A stretch of 60,965 nucleotides of DNA, from positions 1-60,965 of the forward strand of contig CACLHE010000001.1 of the NCBI GenBank assembly GCA_902606665.1, read 5' to 3'. The notes below the pieces were generated by a model that made no database searches, had not been told where the DNA came from, and worked only from the letters and a program-made list of their open reading frames with translations. Origin of the DNA: an uncultured Pelagibacteraceae bacterium (lineage in GTDB: Bacteria > Pseudomonadota > Alphaproteobacteria > Pelagibacterales > Pelagibacteraceae). Below are positions 50,367 to 58,687 of this stretch, piece by piece (position 1 is the stretch's first letter; each line of letters starts with the position of its first letter). Position numbers and translations under genes: made by a program.

Positions 50367-51100
50367 TGCTAAAAATTAAAAATTTGCAGGCTTCTGTCGA
50401 TAAAAAATCAATTCTCAAAGGTTTAAATCTAACTATTAAACCAGGAGAATTGCATGCAATAATGGGACCTAATGGTTCAGGAAAAAGCACGTTGGCAAAT
50501 GTTCTTTCTGGTAAAAACGGATATAAAATTTCAGGAGAAATAATTTTTGAAGGAGAAAATTTAAATGATATTCCTATCGAAAAAAGAGCCCAAAAAGGAA
50601 TTTTTTTAGCATTTCAATATCCTTTGGAGATACCGGGAGTAAATACAAATATTTTTTTAAAAACATCATTAAATTCAATCCGTAAATCGAAGGGAAAAAA
50701 GGAAGTAGATACATTAGCATTTTTAAAACTAGTTAAAGAAAAATCATCTGAACTTGGAATAGATGAAAAGATTTTATCAAGGCAGTTAAATGTTGGCTTT
50801 TCAGGCGGAGAGAAGAAAAAAAATGAGATTTTACAAATGAAGATATTAGATCCTGTTTTTTCAATTTTAGATGAAACCGATTCAGGATTAGACATTGATG
50901 CTTTAAAAATTATTGCCAAGGGTGTTAATTCATCAAGAGACAGTAAAAAATCATTTTTAGTTATAACTCACTACCAAAGACTGCTTGATTATATCAAACC
51001 TGATTTTGTGCATGTGTTATCTGACGGCAAAATTATTAAAACAGGGTGCGGAGAGCTTGCTGAAGAATTAGAAAAAACAGGCTACAGCAAATTAAACTAA
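50366..51100 (+). CDS. sufC: Fe-S cluster assembly ATPase SufC
   Basis: It has Walker A GPNGSGKST, an ABC signature FSGGEKKK, Walker B ILDETDSGLD and an H-loop ITHY. Confidence 0.96.
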   Translation: MLKIKNLQASVDKKSILKGLNLTIKPGELHAIMGPNGSGKSTLANVLSGKNGYKISGEIIFEGENLNDIPIEKRAQKGIFLAFQYPLEIPGVNTNIFLKTSLNSIRKSKGKKEVDTLAFLKLVKEKSSELGIDEKILSRQLNVGFSGGEKKKNEILQMKILDPVFSILDETDSGLDIDALKIIAKGVNSSRDSKKSFLVITHYQRLLDYIKPDFVHVLSDGKIIKTGCGELAEELEKTGYSKLN

Positions 51101-51104
51101 ACTA

Positions 51105-52352
51105 ATGCAAAACTTTGAAATCAATTCTAACCAAATTGATAAAATAGATAAAATATCAACAGAAGAAAAAAGTTTTAGAATTAAAAATTTAGAACTTTTT
51201 AAAGCTGTAGGTTTTCCTCATAAAAGACTTGAGGATTGGAAATTTTCAGATTTTAGAAATATCATAGATAAAAATTTTGAAGAGCTAAATACAAAGAAAG
51301 TATCATCAGTTGTTAATAAAATTGACCTGCTTAAAGATTTTGAGCATAATTATATTTTATTAGTAAATGGTAAATTACATTCTAGTAATTTTGACCATGA
51401 AGAAAAAAATAAAGTAAAAATTAATTCTTTTGATAAAAGCATAGATTATAAAATAAATAAAAATCCTTTAGTATGCTTAAACCATGCCTTAGCTGAAGGT
51501 GGATATTCATTAGAAGTTGAAAAAAATTATAAATTAAAAAAAGTTATAGTTATCTATAACCTTTTTACAAAAGATATAAAAAACAATATTTTAAATAATA
51601 AAAATAAAATCAAAGTAAATGAAAATTCCGAACTTCATATTATAGAATTAACTATAAATGAATCTAAATCTAAATTTATAAATAATGTTTATGAAAGCAT
51701 AATTTTAAAAAAAAATTCCAAAGTAAAGAATTTGGTTATACAAAGTAATAAAAGTAATGGTTTTTTTCATAAATTTTCAAAATCCAAGTTATCTTTTAAT
51801 TCGGATTACTCAAATTTTATTTTTTCATCAGGATTAAAATTTAATAAGATAGATATTGAATGTGACCTAATAGAAGAGAATTCTAAATGTAATATATTAT
51901 CTGCATTATGTTTAAACAAAGAAGAACACCAAGAAATTAAAACTTTAATAAATCATTTGGCACCAAATTGTAAAAGCAATCAAAAGATTAAAAATATATT
52001 AAATGGTGAAAGCAAAGGTGTTTATCAAGGCAAAATTTATGTAAAGGATATAGCTCAAAAAACTGATGCATATCAATTAAGCAAAGCTTTACTGTTAAAA
52101 GAAAATGCTGAATTTAACTCAAAACCAGAATTGGAAATTTATGCTGATGACGTTAAATGTTCTCACGGTTCAAGTTCTGGAAACATAGATCAAGAATCTC
52201 TTCATTATTTAATGACGAGAGGACTAACCCGTGAAGATTCAATTAAGCTATTAATTAAAGGTTTTTTAAATGATATAATTGAATTTATTAAAAACCCATC
52301 CATTAAAAAATTTATTGAAACAAAATTGGAGAATCAAATTAATGGATATTAA
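51105..52352 (+). CDS. sufD: Fe-S cluster assembly protein SufD
   Basis: It has a SufB/D-family C-terminal beta-helix (LEIYADDVKCSHGSSSG.ID...L.YL..RGL) and sits between sufC and sufS. Confidence 0.9.
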   Translation: MQNFEINSNQIDKIDKISTEEKSFRIKNLELFKAVGFPHKRLEDWKFSDFRNIIDKNFEELNTKKVSSVVNKIDLLKDFEHNYILLVNGKLHSSNFDHEEKNKVKINSFDKSIDYKINKNPLVCLNHALAEGGYSLEVEKNYKLKKVIVIYNLFTKDIKNNILNNKNKIKVNENSELHIIELTINESKSKFINNVYESIILKKNSKVKNLVIQSNKSNGFFHKFSKSKLSFNSDYSNFIFSSGLKFNKIDIECDLIEENSKCNILSALCLNKEEHQEIKTLINHLAPNCKSNQKIKNILNGESKGVYQGKIYVKDIAQKTDAYQLSKALLLKENAEFNSKPELEIYADDVKCSHGSSSGNIDQESLHYLMTRGLTREDSIKLLIKGFLNDIIEFIKNPSIKKFIETKLENQINGY

Positions 52353-53562
52353 AAATATAAAATCACAATTTCCTATTTTTTCTAAAAAAATAAATAATAA
52401 ACCTTTGATATATTTAGATAGTTCAAATTCATCGCAAAAACCCTTAAGTGTAATCAATAGACTTAATGATTTTTATAGCAACGAATTTTCTAATATTGGA
52501 AGAAGTATTCATACGCTAGCGGTAAATGCTACAAATAAGTTTGATGAAACAAGAATAAGTGTAAAAAATTTTATAAATGCAAAATCTAAAGAAGAAATTA
52601 TTTTTACAAAAAACGCTACGGAGGCAATAAATTTAGTTGCTAGTACTTTTGGTCAACAAAATATTAGAGAAGGTGATGAAATAATTGTTACTGAATTAGA
52701 ACATCATTCAAACTATGTACCGTGGCATTTTTTACGAAATAACAAAAAAGCCCTTATAAAATTTGCTCCCATTAACGATGATGGAGATATAATTATTGAT
52801 AAATTAAAAGAATTAATTACATCTAAAACAAAAATTATAGCAGTAACTCACCTATCAAATGTAACAGGTACAATTGTTCCAGTTAAAGAAATTATAGAAA
52901 TGGCACATAAAAAAAATATTCCTGTATTAGTAGATGGATGTCAAAGCGCTCCACACATCAAAGTGGATGTTACGGATTTAGATTGTGATTTTTATGCTTT
53001 TTCAGGACATAAAGTTTATGGTCCAACCGGTGTAGGTATTCTTTATGCGAAAAAAAAATGGTTAGAAAAACTTCCTCCATATATTGGAGGTGGAGCAATG
53101 ATTAGTGAAGTAAAAAAAGATAAAGTTCTCTATGCACCACTTCCTGAAAAATATGAAGCTGGAACTATGCCTACAGCTGAAGTAATTACATTTAATGAGT
53201 CAATAAAATTTTTAGAGTCAATTGGTATGGATAATTTGATGAAACATGAAAAAGAAATTACAAATTATGCTTTGGAAAAACTCAAGAAAATAAATTCAGT
53301 AAAAATAATAGGAAATCCAAAAAATAAAGCTGGAGTAATTTCCTTCTTAATAAAAGATGTTCATCCACATGATATTGCTACTATTTTAGATGAATATGGT
53401 GTAGCGATAAGAGCTGGACACCACTGTTGTCAAATTTTTCATGAAAAAATGAAGCTGAGCGCTACAGCAAGAGCTTCTATAGGGGTCTATAATACAAAAG
53501 AAGATATAGATATACTCGTTCAAGCAGTTGAAAATTGTAGGAAGGTATTTAACTTAAAGTAA
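52342..53562 (+). CDS. sufS: cysteine desulfurase SufS (group II)
   Basis: It has the PLP lysine block FSGHKVYGPTG and the catalytic Cys block RAGHHCCQ. I place the start at MDIKNIKSQFPIF (52342), which overlaps sufD by 11 nt. Confidence 0.94.
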   Translation: MDIKNIKSQFPIFSKKINNKPLIYLDSSNSSQKPLSVINRLNDFYSNEFSNIGRSIHTLAVNATNKFDETRISVKNFINAKSKEEIIFTKNATEAINLVASTFGQQNIREGDEIIVTELEHHSNYVPWHFLRNNKKALIKFAPINDDGDIIIDKLKELITSKTKIIAVTHLSNVTGTIVPVKEIIEMAHKKNIPVLVDGCQSAPHIKVDVTDLDCDFYAFSGHKVYGPTGVGILYAKKKWLEKLPPYIGGGAMISEVKKDKVLYAPLPEKYEAGTMPTAEVITFNESIKFLESIGMDNLMKHEKEITNYALEKLKKINSVKIIGNPKNKAGVISFLIKDVHPHDIATILDEYGVAIRAGHHCCQIFHEKMKLSATARASIGVYNTKEDIDILVQAVENCRKVFNLK

Positions 53563-54032
53563 TGGATATAAAAGAACTATATCAAGATATAATTTTAGAA
53601 CATGGCAAAAGTCCTAGAAACAAAGGAAAGTGCAAAGGGTATAATCATGAAGCGAAAGGATACAATCCTCTTTGTGGGGATAAAGTGCATGTTTATTTAA
53701 AATTAAATGATATCAAACAAGTTGAAAATTTAACTTTTGAAGGAGAAGGTTGCGCTATTTCATTAGCTTCCGCTTCTATAATGACCGAATTAGTTAAAGG
53801 AAAGTCTGTTATTGAAGCAAAAAAAATAATGAATGATTTTTTAAGTATGATAAAAAATGATACAGTAATAAAGTCTAATAATTTAGATGAGGATCAAAAA
53901 ACAAAAATCATGTCTTTGTCAGGTGTAAAACAATTCCCAATGAGAGTTAAATGCGCTACCTTATCATGGCATACGTTAAATTCTGCTATGGAAGGAAAAA
54001 AAGACGAAGTAAATTCAGAGGCTGTTGACTAA
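53562..54032 (+). CDS. sufU: SufU-type (NifU N-terminal-like) sulfur-transfer / scaffold protein
   Basis: LYQDIILEHGKSPRNKG, NPLCGD, GEGCAIS and VKCATLSW provide the three conserved Cys in a SufU/IscU arrangement. Confidence 0.85.
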   Translation: MDIKELYQDIILEHGKSPRNKGKCKGYNHEAKGYNPLCGDKVHVYLKLNDIKQVENLTFEGEGCAISLASASIMTELVKGKSVIEAKKIMNDFLSMIKNDTVIKSNNLDEDQKTKIMSLSGVKQFPMRVKCATLSWHTLNSAMEGKKDEVNSEAVD

Positions 54033-54367
54033 TGAGTGATATCAAAAATAAAGTTATCGACGAGATTAAAAAAATATTTGATCCTGAAATACCAGTAAAT
54101 ATTTATGAGCTAGGTTTGATTTATAAAATTGAGGTTGAAAAGTCTAATAAAGTTAATATTGATATGACATTAACATCACCAAATTGTCCTGTGGCGGAAA
54201 GTTTGCCAAATGAAGTTAAAGATAATATAAAGAAAATAGAAGGTGTAACAGACGTTGATTTGAAAATAGTTTGGGAACCTCCTTGGACCAAAGATATGAT
54301 GTCAGAAGTTGCAAGATTTGAATTAAATTTGGATGGACAAAATAACGATAGAGAAATTTATGAATAA
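54032..54367 (+). CDS. sufT: DUF59/SufT-type Fe-S assembly protein
   Basis: The 111-aa product has IFDPEIPVNIYELGLIY and TLTSPNCP motifs, characteristic of the MIP18/DUF59 family. Confidence 0.85.
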   Translation: MSDIKNKVIDEIKKIFDPEIPVNIYELGLIYKIEVEKSNKVNIDMTLTSPNCPVAESLPNEVKDNIKKIEGVTDVDLKIVWEPPWTKDMMSEVARFELNLDGQNNDREIYE

Positions 54368-54695
54368 GCAAGTAATAACATTAAGCGACAGGGCAGCAAA
54401 TAGAGTAAAAGAAATAATGGCTAATGCGAAAGAACCCATTATCGGAGTGAGAGTTGGCGTAGCATCTGGAGGATGTGCAGGCATGTCTTATGTTATGGAA
54501 TACGCAAAGAAAGTTAATCCAAATGATGAAATAATAGAAGATAAGGGTGTTAAAGTGTTAATTGACCCTAAAGCTATAATGTATCTTCTTGGTACAGAAA
54601 TGGATTATAAAAAAGAAGAGCTATCATCAACTTTTATATTTAAAAATCCCAACGAAACAGAGCGTTGTGGATGCGGAGAATCCTTTAAAATTTAA
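54360..54695 (+). CDS. sufA: A-type Fe-S carrier (SufA/IscA/ErpA family)
   Basis: It has the HesB-family signature with C-terminal CGCGESF and the internal GGCAG block. I place the start at MNKQVITL (54360), which overlaps the sufT stop. Confidence 0.92.
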   Translation: MNKQVITLSDRAANRVKEIMANAKEPIIGVRVGVASGGCAGMSYVMEYAKKVNPNDEIIEDKGVKVLIDPKAIMYLLGTEMDYKKEELSSTFIFKNPNETERCGCGESFKI

Positions 54696-54702
54696 TTCAA
54701 TA

Positions 54703-54731
54703 TTGCTGCACAATCAAGAATTGTATATAAT
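54703..54731 (+). promoter_or_regulatory. near-consensus sigma70-type promoter immediately upstream of the 62-aa ORF
   Basis: A -35 TTGCTG (54703-54708) is followed by an exact 17-nt spacer and a -10 TATAAT (54726-54731). The ATG at 54740 is only 8 nt downstream of the -10 and has no Shine-Dalgarno. Confidence 0.4.
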
Positions 54732-54739
54732 GTAGCTGT

Positions 54740-54928
54740 ATGAGAGACACTAAACATTTAGGTAAACATGCAAGCAAATTAGCTGAAAAAGCTAAAGAGA
54801 AGGCATTGTTCAGAACGCAGCGTAAAGCCGTTGAAGCAGGTGCTCACGGAACTTTAGATTACACTATTAAAGAGGGTGTAAATAAAAATAAAATTGCTGA
54901 CGATAAAATTTTAAAAAGTAAAAAATAA
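54740..54928 (+). CDS. small basic hypothetical protein (62 aa)
   Basis: The ORF exactly fills the gap between sufA and the convergent glnA stop, leaving 2 nt. It has ordinary amino-acid composition (MRDTKHLGKHASKLAEKAKEKALFRTQRKAVEAGAHGTLDYTIKEG...). I recognise no family. Confidence 0.5.
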   Translation: MRDTKHLGKHASKLAEKAKEKALFRTQRKAVEAGAHGTLDYTIKEGVNKNKIADDKILKSKK

Positions 54929-54930
54929 TA

Positions 54931-56337
54931 TTAAGAACTGTAATACATCTCAAACTCCATAGGGTGAGGAGTATGTTCGAGTTTATATATTTCTTCAAAT
55001 TTTAATGCTATATAAGCATCTATTTGGTCGTCGGTAAATACTCCACCTTGAGTTAAAAATTTTCTATCTCTATCAAGACTTTCCATAGCTTCCCTTAAAG
55101 ATCCACAAACAGTTGGAATATTTTTTACTTTATCTTCAGGCATTGCATATAAATCCTCATCTACTGGTTTTCCTGGATTTATTTTATTTTTAATACCATC
55201 TAACCCAGCCATCAACATTGCTGAAAATGTTAAGTATGGGTTTCCTGCGGCATCAGGAAATCTGATTTCACATCTAGCAGCCTTTTTACTTAATGTTATT
55301 GGTATTCTACAAGAAGCAGATCTATTTCTTGCAGAATAAACTAATAAAACTGGAGCTTCAAAACCTGGTATTAATCTTTTGTAGCTATTAGTTGTGCTAT
55401 TTGAAAAAGCATTGATTGCTTTTGCATGTTTCAAGATTCCACCTATATAATGTAAGGCAGTTTCGGATAATCCAGCATATTTATTTCCAGAAAATAATGC
55501 AGCACTACCTTTCCACAGCGATTGGTGAATATGCATACCAGAACCATTATCGCCTTTGACTGGTTTTGGCATAAATGTTGCAGTTTTTCCAAATGAGTGA
55601 GCAACCATTTGCACTCCATATTTGTAAAGTTGCATGTTGTCTGCTTGTGTAGTTAATGTATTAAAATACATTCCGAGCTCATGTTGACTTGGAGCAACTT
55701 CATGATGGTGTTTCTCTGCTTTTATACCCATATCTCGCAGAGCTTTTAAAAATTCACCTCTCATATCTTGAGCGCTGTCTACTGGGGGAACAGGAAAATA
55801 ACCACCTTTAATTCCAGGTCTATGACCCATGTTTCCATTTTCATAATCTTTTCCTGTATTATAAGGTCCTTCAGAGCTGTCTATTTTAAATCCAGTTTCA
55901 TTCATATCGTTTTTAAATTTAACATCATCAAACACAAAGAATTCTGCTTCAGGTCCAAAGTATGCTTTGTCTCCTATACCTGTTTTTTTTAAATAAGCTT
56001 CTGCTTTTTTAGCTATACTTCGAGGATCTCTTTCATAAGGGTCTTTTTTTATCGCATCCAAAACATCACAAAACAAAATTAGTGTATTGTGTGAAGTAAA
56101 AGGATCTATAACTTGTCTCTCGAGATCAGGCTTAAGTATCATGTCAGATTCATTAATAGCTTTCCAACCAGCTATTGATGAACCATCAAAGAATACTCCA
56201 TTATTTAACATTTCTTCATCAACCATCTTACCGTCCATAGTCAGATGCTGTAGTTTTCCTCTAGGGTCGGTAAAGCGTAGATCTACGTACTCTACCTCTT
56301 TGTCTTTCATTAATTTTAAAACTTTGCTAGCACTCAT
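54931..56337 (-). CDS. glnA: glutamine synthetase type I
   Basis: The 468-aa product has [39 protein letters not shown] and NSYKRL, plus a Tyr-containing adenylylation-loop-like DEDLYAMP. Confidence 0.97.
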   Translation of the reverse strand: MSASKVLKLMKDKEVEYVDLRFTDPRGKLQHLTMDGKMVDEEMLNNGVFFDGSSIAGWKAINESDMILKPDLERQVIDPFTSHNTLILFCDVLDAIKKDPYERDPRSIAKKAEAYLKKTGIGDKAYFGPEAEFFVFDDVKFKNDMNETGFKIDSSEGPYNTGKDYENGNMGHRPGIKGGYFPVPPVDSAQDMRGEFLKALRDMGIKAEKHHHEVAPSQHELGMYFNTLTTQADNMQLYKYGVQMVAHSFGKTATFMPKPVKGDNGSGMHIHQSLWKGSAALFSGNKYAGLSETALHYIGGILKHAKAINAFSNSTTNSYKRLIPGFEAPVLLVYSARNRSASCRIPITLSKKAARCEIRFPDAAGNPYLTFSAMLMAGLDGIKNKINPGKPVDEDLYAMPEDKVKNIPTVCGSLREAMESLDRDRKFLTQGGVFTDDQIDAYIALKFEEIYKLEHTPHPMEFEMYYSS

Positions 56338-56434
56338 ATTTGATTAACATTAAAATTTCACGTGTAACCTACACTTTGAACTTTATGGTTGTATCTATAT
56401 CAATGTAAGTGTTTTAATGAAGTGATTTTATTAT

Positions 56435-57313
56435 ATGTCAGTTATGCAAAACGCACATAGGTACAAAGTAGTAAAGAATTCCCCGAGTTTATGGATAAAA
56501 ACCTTTCCATGGAAAAAAATTTCAGGACATAAGTACAGCAGAGGAAGAGTGGTTGTATATGGAGGAAAAAAAGAGCTAATTGGCGCTACAATATTATCTT
56601 CTTTAGCAGCTTTAAAAATAGGCACAGGGTCAGTTAAAATTATTTGCACTAAAGATACTATACATACTTATTCTGTTAAATTTCCGTCCGCCCTAAAAGT
56701 AAAAATTAATAACATCAATGAATTAAAAAAATTTATAAAAAAGGAAAAAATAACATCAATCCTGATAGGACCTGGAGCAGGCACGAATAGAAAAATAAAA
56801 GAAATTACAAAATTAATTCTTAAAAAAATTAAATATGTAGTTTTAGACGCTGATGCGCTGACCTGCTTTAGAAATGACTTAAAATCGCTTTACCCATTGC
56901 TTGATAAAAATAAAATTATTACTCCACATATAGAGGAATTTCACCAAATTTTTCCTAAAATTAAAAAAAATATTCTCAACATTGATAAAATTAAAGAAGC
57001 AAGCAAGTTAATTAAATCAAATATTATTCTGAAAGGTCCAAAATCAATAATTCTTTCTTATGATAAAAAGATTGTAGTCAATTATCACTCCTCACCTGAG
57101 CTAGCAGTAATTGGATCAGGAGATGTTTTAAGCGGTTTTATCGTAAGCATGATTGGAGAAAAAAAAATGAGCCCTTTTTTGGCTGGCTGCGCTGCGACTT
57201 GGTTACATGGAGATATTGCAAAAAAATATGGTAGAGGATTAATATCAGAAGATATTATTAAAGGTATACCCGCAGGTTTAAAAAGGTTAAAATATGGAAA
57301 ATTTACTAAATAA
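56435..57313 (+). CDS. nnrD: ADP-dependent NAD(P)H-hydrate dehydratase (YjeF C-terminal domain only)
   Basis: HKYSRGRVVVYGG, VLDADAL, ITPH..E and GSGDVLSG motifs indicate a carbohydrate-kinase-like fold. Confidence 0.85.
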   Translation: MSVMQNAHRYKVVKNSPSLWIKTFPWKKISGHKYSRGRVVVYGGKKELIGATILSSLAALKIGTGSVKIICTKDTIHTYSVKFPSALKVKINNINELKKFIKKEKITSILIGPGAGTNRKIKEITKLILKKIKYVVLDADALTCFRNDLKSLYPLLDKNKIITPHIEEFHQIFPKIKKNILNIDKIKEASKLIKSNIILKGPKSIILSYDKKIVVNYHSSPELAVIGSGDVLSGFIVSMIGEKKMSPFLAGCAATWLHGDIAKKYGRGLISEDIIKGIPAGLKRLKYGKFTK

Positions 57314-57776
57314 AGAGACAGTTAAGAGAGTACAAAACTTCATAAAAAAATTTGATCCAAAACTTAAAGTTTTAAAATTAGAAACCACAGCAAGAACTGC
57401 AAATGACGCAGCAAATTCTCTTAAATGTGAAGTTGGTGCAATTGTTAAAAGTTTACTATTCAGAACAGAAGATAGTTTTTTAATTTGCTTAATTGCTGGA
57501 GATAGAAGATGTTCATTAAATAAATTAAAAAAGATTTTAGGAAAAAAAGATGTATCAATGGCTAACGCTGAAGAAGTAAAAGAAAATACTGGTTTTTCAA
57601 TAGGTGGCGTTGCTCCCGTTGCTCATATGAAAAGACTAGAAATTTATATTGATAAATCTCTTAGCAGATTTAGCAGTGTATTTGCAGCAGCCGGACATCC
57701 AAATTGTGTTTTTAAAATTAGCTATGATCAATTAATTAAAATTACAAATGGAAATGAAAAAGAAATATCTGAATGA
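57294..57776 (+). CDS. ybaK: YbaK/EbsC-type aminoacyl-tRNA deacylase
   Basis: The 160-aa product has KSLLF, LICLIAGDRR.SLNKLK and GFSIGGVAPV blocks, typical of the YbaK/ProX editing family. Confidence 0.78.
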   Translation: MENLLNKETVKRVQNFIKKFDPKLKVLKLETTARTANDAANSLKCEVGAIVKSLLFRTEDSFLICLIAGDRRCSLNKLKKILGKKDVSMANAEEVKENTGFSIGGVAPVAHMKRLEIYIDKSLSRFSSVFAAAGHPNCVFKISYDQLIKITNGNEKEISE

Positions 57777-58660
57777 GAAGCACAAAACCATTAGATTATT
57801 TTTTACTTACAATTTTAGCTTTAATTTGGGCATCAGCTTTCTTTAATATAAAAATTGCTACTTATTCATACGGGCCACTTACTATAGCTTTTTTAAGAAT
57901 ACTTTTTGGTGCTATACCAGTTATTCTATTGTGTTATTTCAAAAAAATTAAAATCGAAGCCTTTTCAAAAGATTGGCTTTGGTTTGCTTCAATAGGAATA
58001 ATAAACTTAGTAGTACCCTTTTTTTTAATAGCCTATGGTGTTCAAAAAGTTCAAAGTAATCTTGCTGCTATTTTGATGGCTAGCACACCATTAACAGCAA
58101 CAGCTTTGGCACATTTTTTTACCAAAAATGAAAAGATTAATTTAACTAAATCAGTTGGGATATTAATTGGTTTTTCTGGAATTATTTTTTTATTTTCTGA
58201 TAATATTTTATTTAATGAAAATAATATTTTTTCAGCATTTTTAATTTTATTTGGTTCATGTTTTTATGTAATTGGAGGTTTGTTAACTTTAAAAATAAGC
58301 GAAAAAAGAAATGAGAATGTAACAGCTTCAATTTTAATTTGGGGAACAATAGTATTGTTACCAATATCTTTATATTTTGAGCAACCATGGAATTTAACAC
58401 CACGATTAGACTCAACAATATCTTTAATTTATTTAGGAATTTTTTCTACAGGTATAGCCTGGCTTTTAAGATTTTATATTTTAAAACATAATGGACTAGT
58501 TTTTCAGGCACAAGTCGCTTATTTAATACCAATTTTTGGTGTTATTTTGGGTTTTTTAATTTTGAATGAAGCGATTACCCCAAAAGTAATAATTTCACTT
58601 ATTGCAGTAATAATTGGAATTTATATTGTCAAAGGTAGCACCTTAGTGAATAAAGCGTAA
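57773..58660 (+). CDS. EamA/DMT-family transporter
   Basis: The 295-aa product has ten predicted hydrophobic helices in a two-fold 5+5 repeat, which is the EamA-like layout. Confidence 0.8.
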   Translation: MRSTKPLDYFLLTILALIWASAFFNIKIATYSYGPLTIAFLRILFGAIPVILLCYFKKIKIEAFSKDWLWFASIGIINLVVPFFLIAYGVQKVQSNLAAILMASTPLTATALAHFFTKNEKINLTKSVGILIGFSGIIFLFSDNILFNENNIFSAFLILFGSCFYVIGGLLTLKISEKRNENVTASILIWGTIVLLPISLYFEQPWNLTPRLDSTISLIYLGIFSTGIAWLLRFYILKHNGLVFQAQVAYLIPIFGVILGFLILNEAITPKVIISLIAVIIGIYIVKGSTLVNKA

Positions 58661-58687
58661 AAAAATTATAAATTTTCTTACTTTTTT

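Noticed and set aside
52279-52341. N-terminal extensions offered by the ORF track for sufS (52279), sufA (54333) and the alpha/beta hydrolase (48380).
   Set aside because: The extensions overlap the preceding gene or add non-conserved residues. The internal ATGs (52342, 54360, 48350) give canonical N-termini and the short ATG/stop overlaps typical of this operon.
56338-56434. A glutamine (glnA-motif) riboswitch upstream of glnA.
   Set aside because: Reading the - strand leader, I find no GGAAG-rich three-stem junction or E-loop-like conserved core, only AT-rich sequence. Only a covariance-model search could overturn this.
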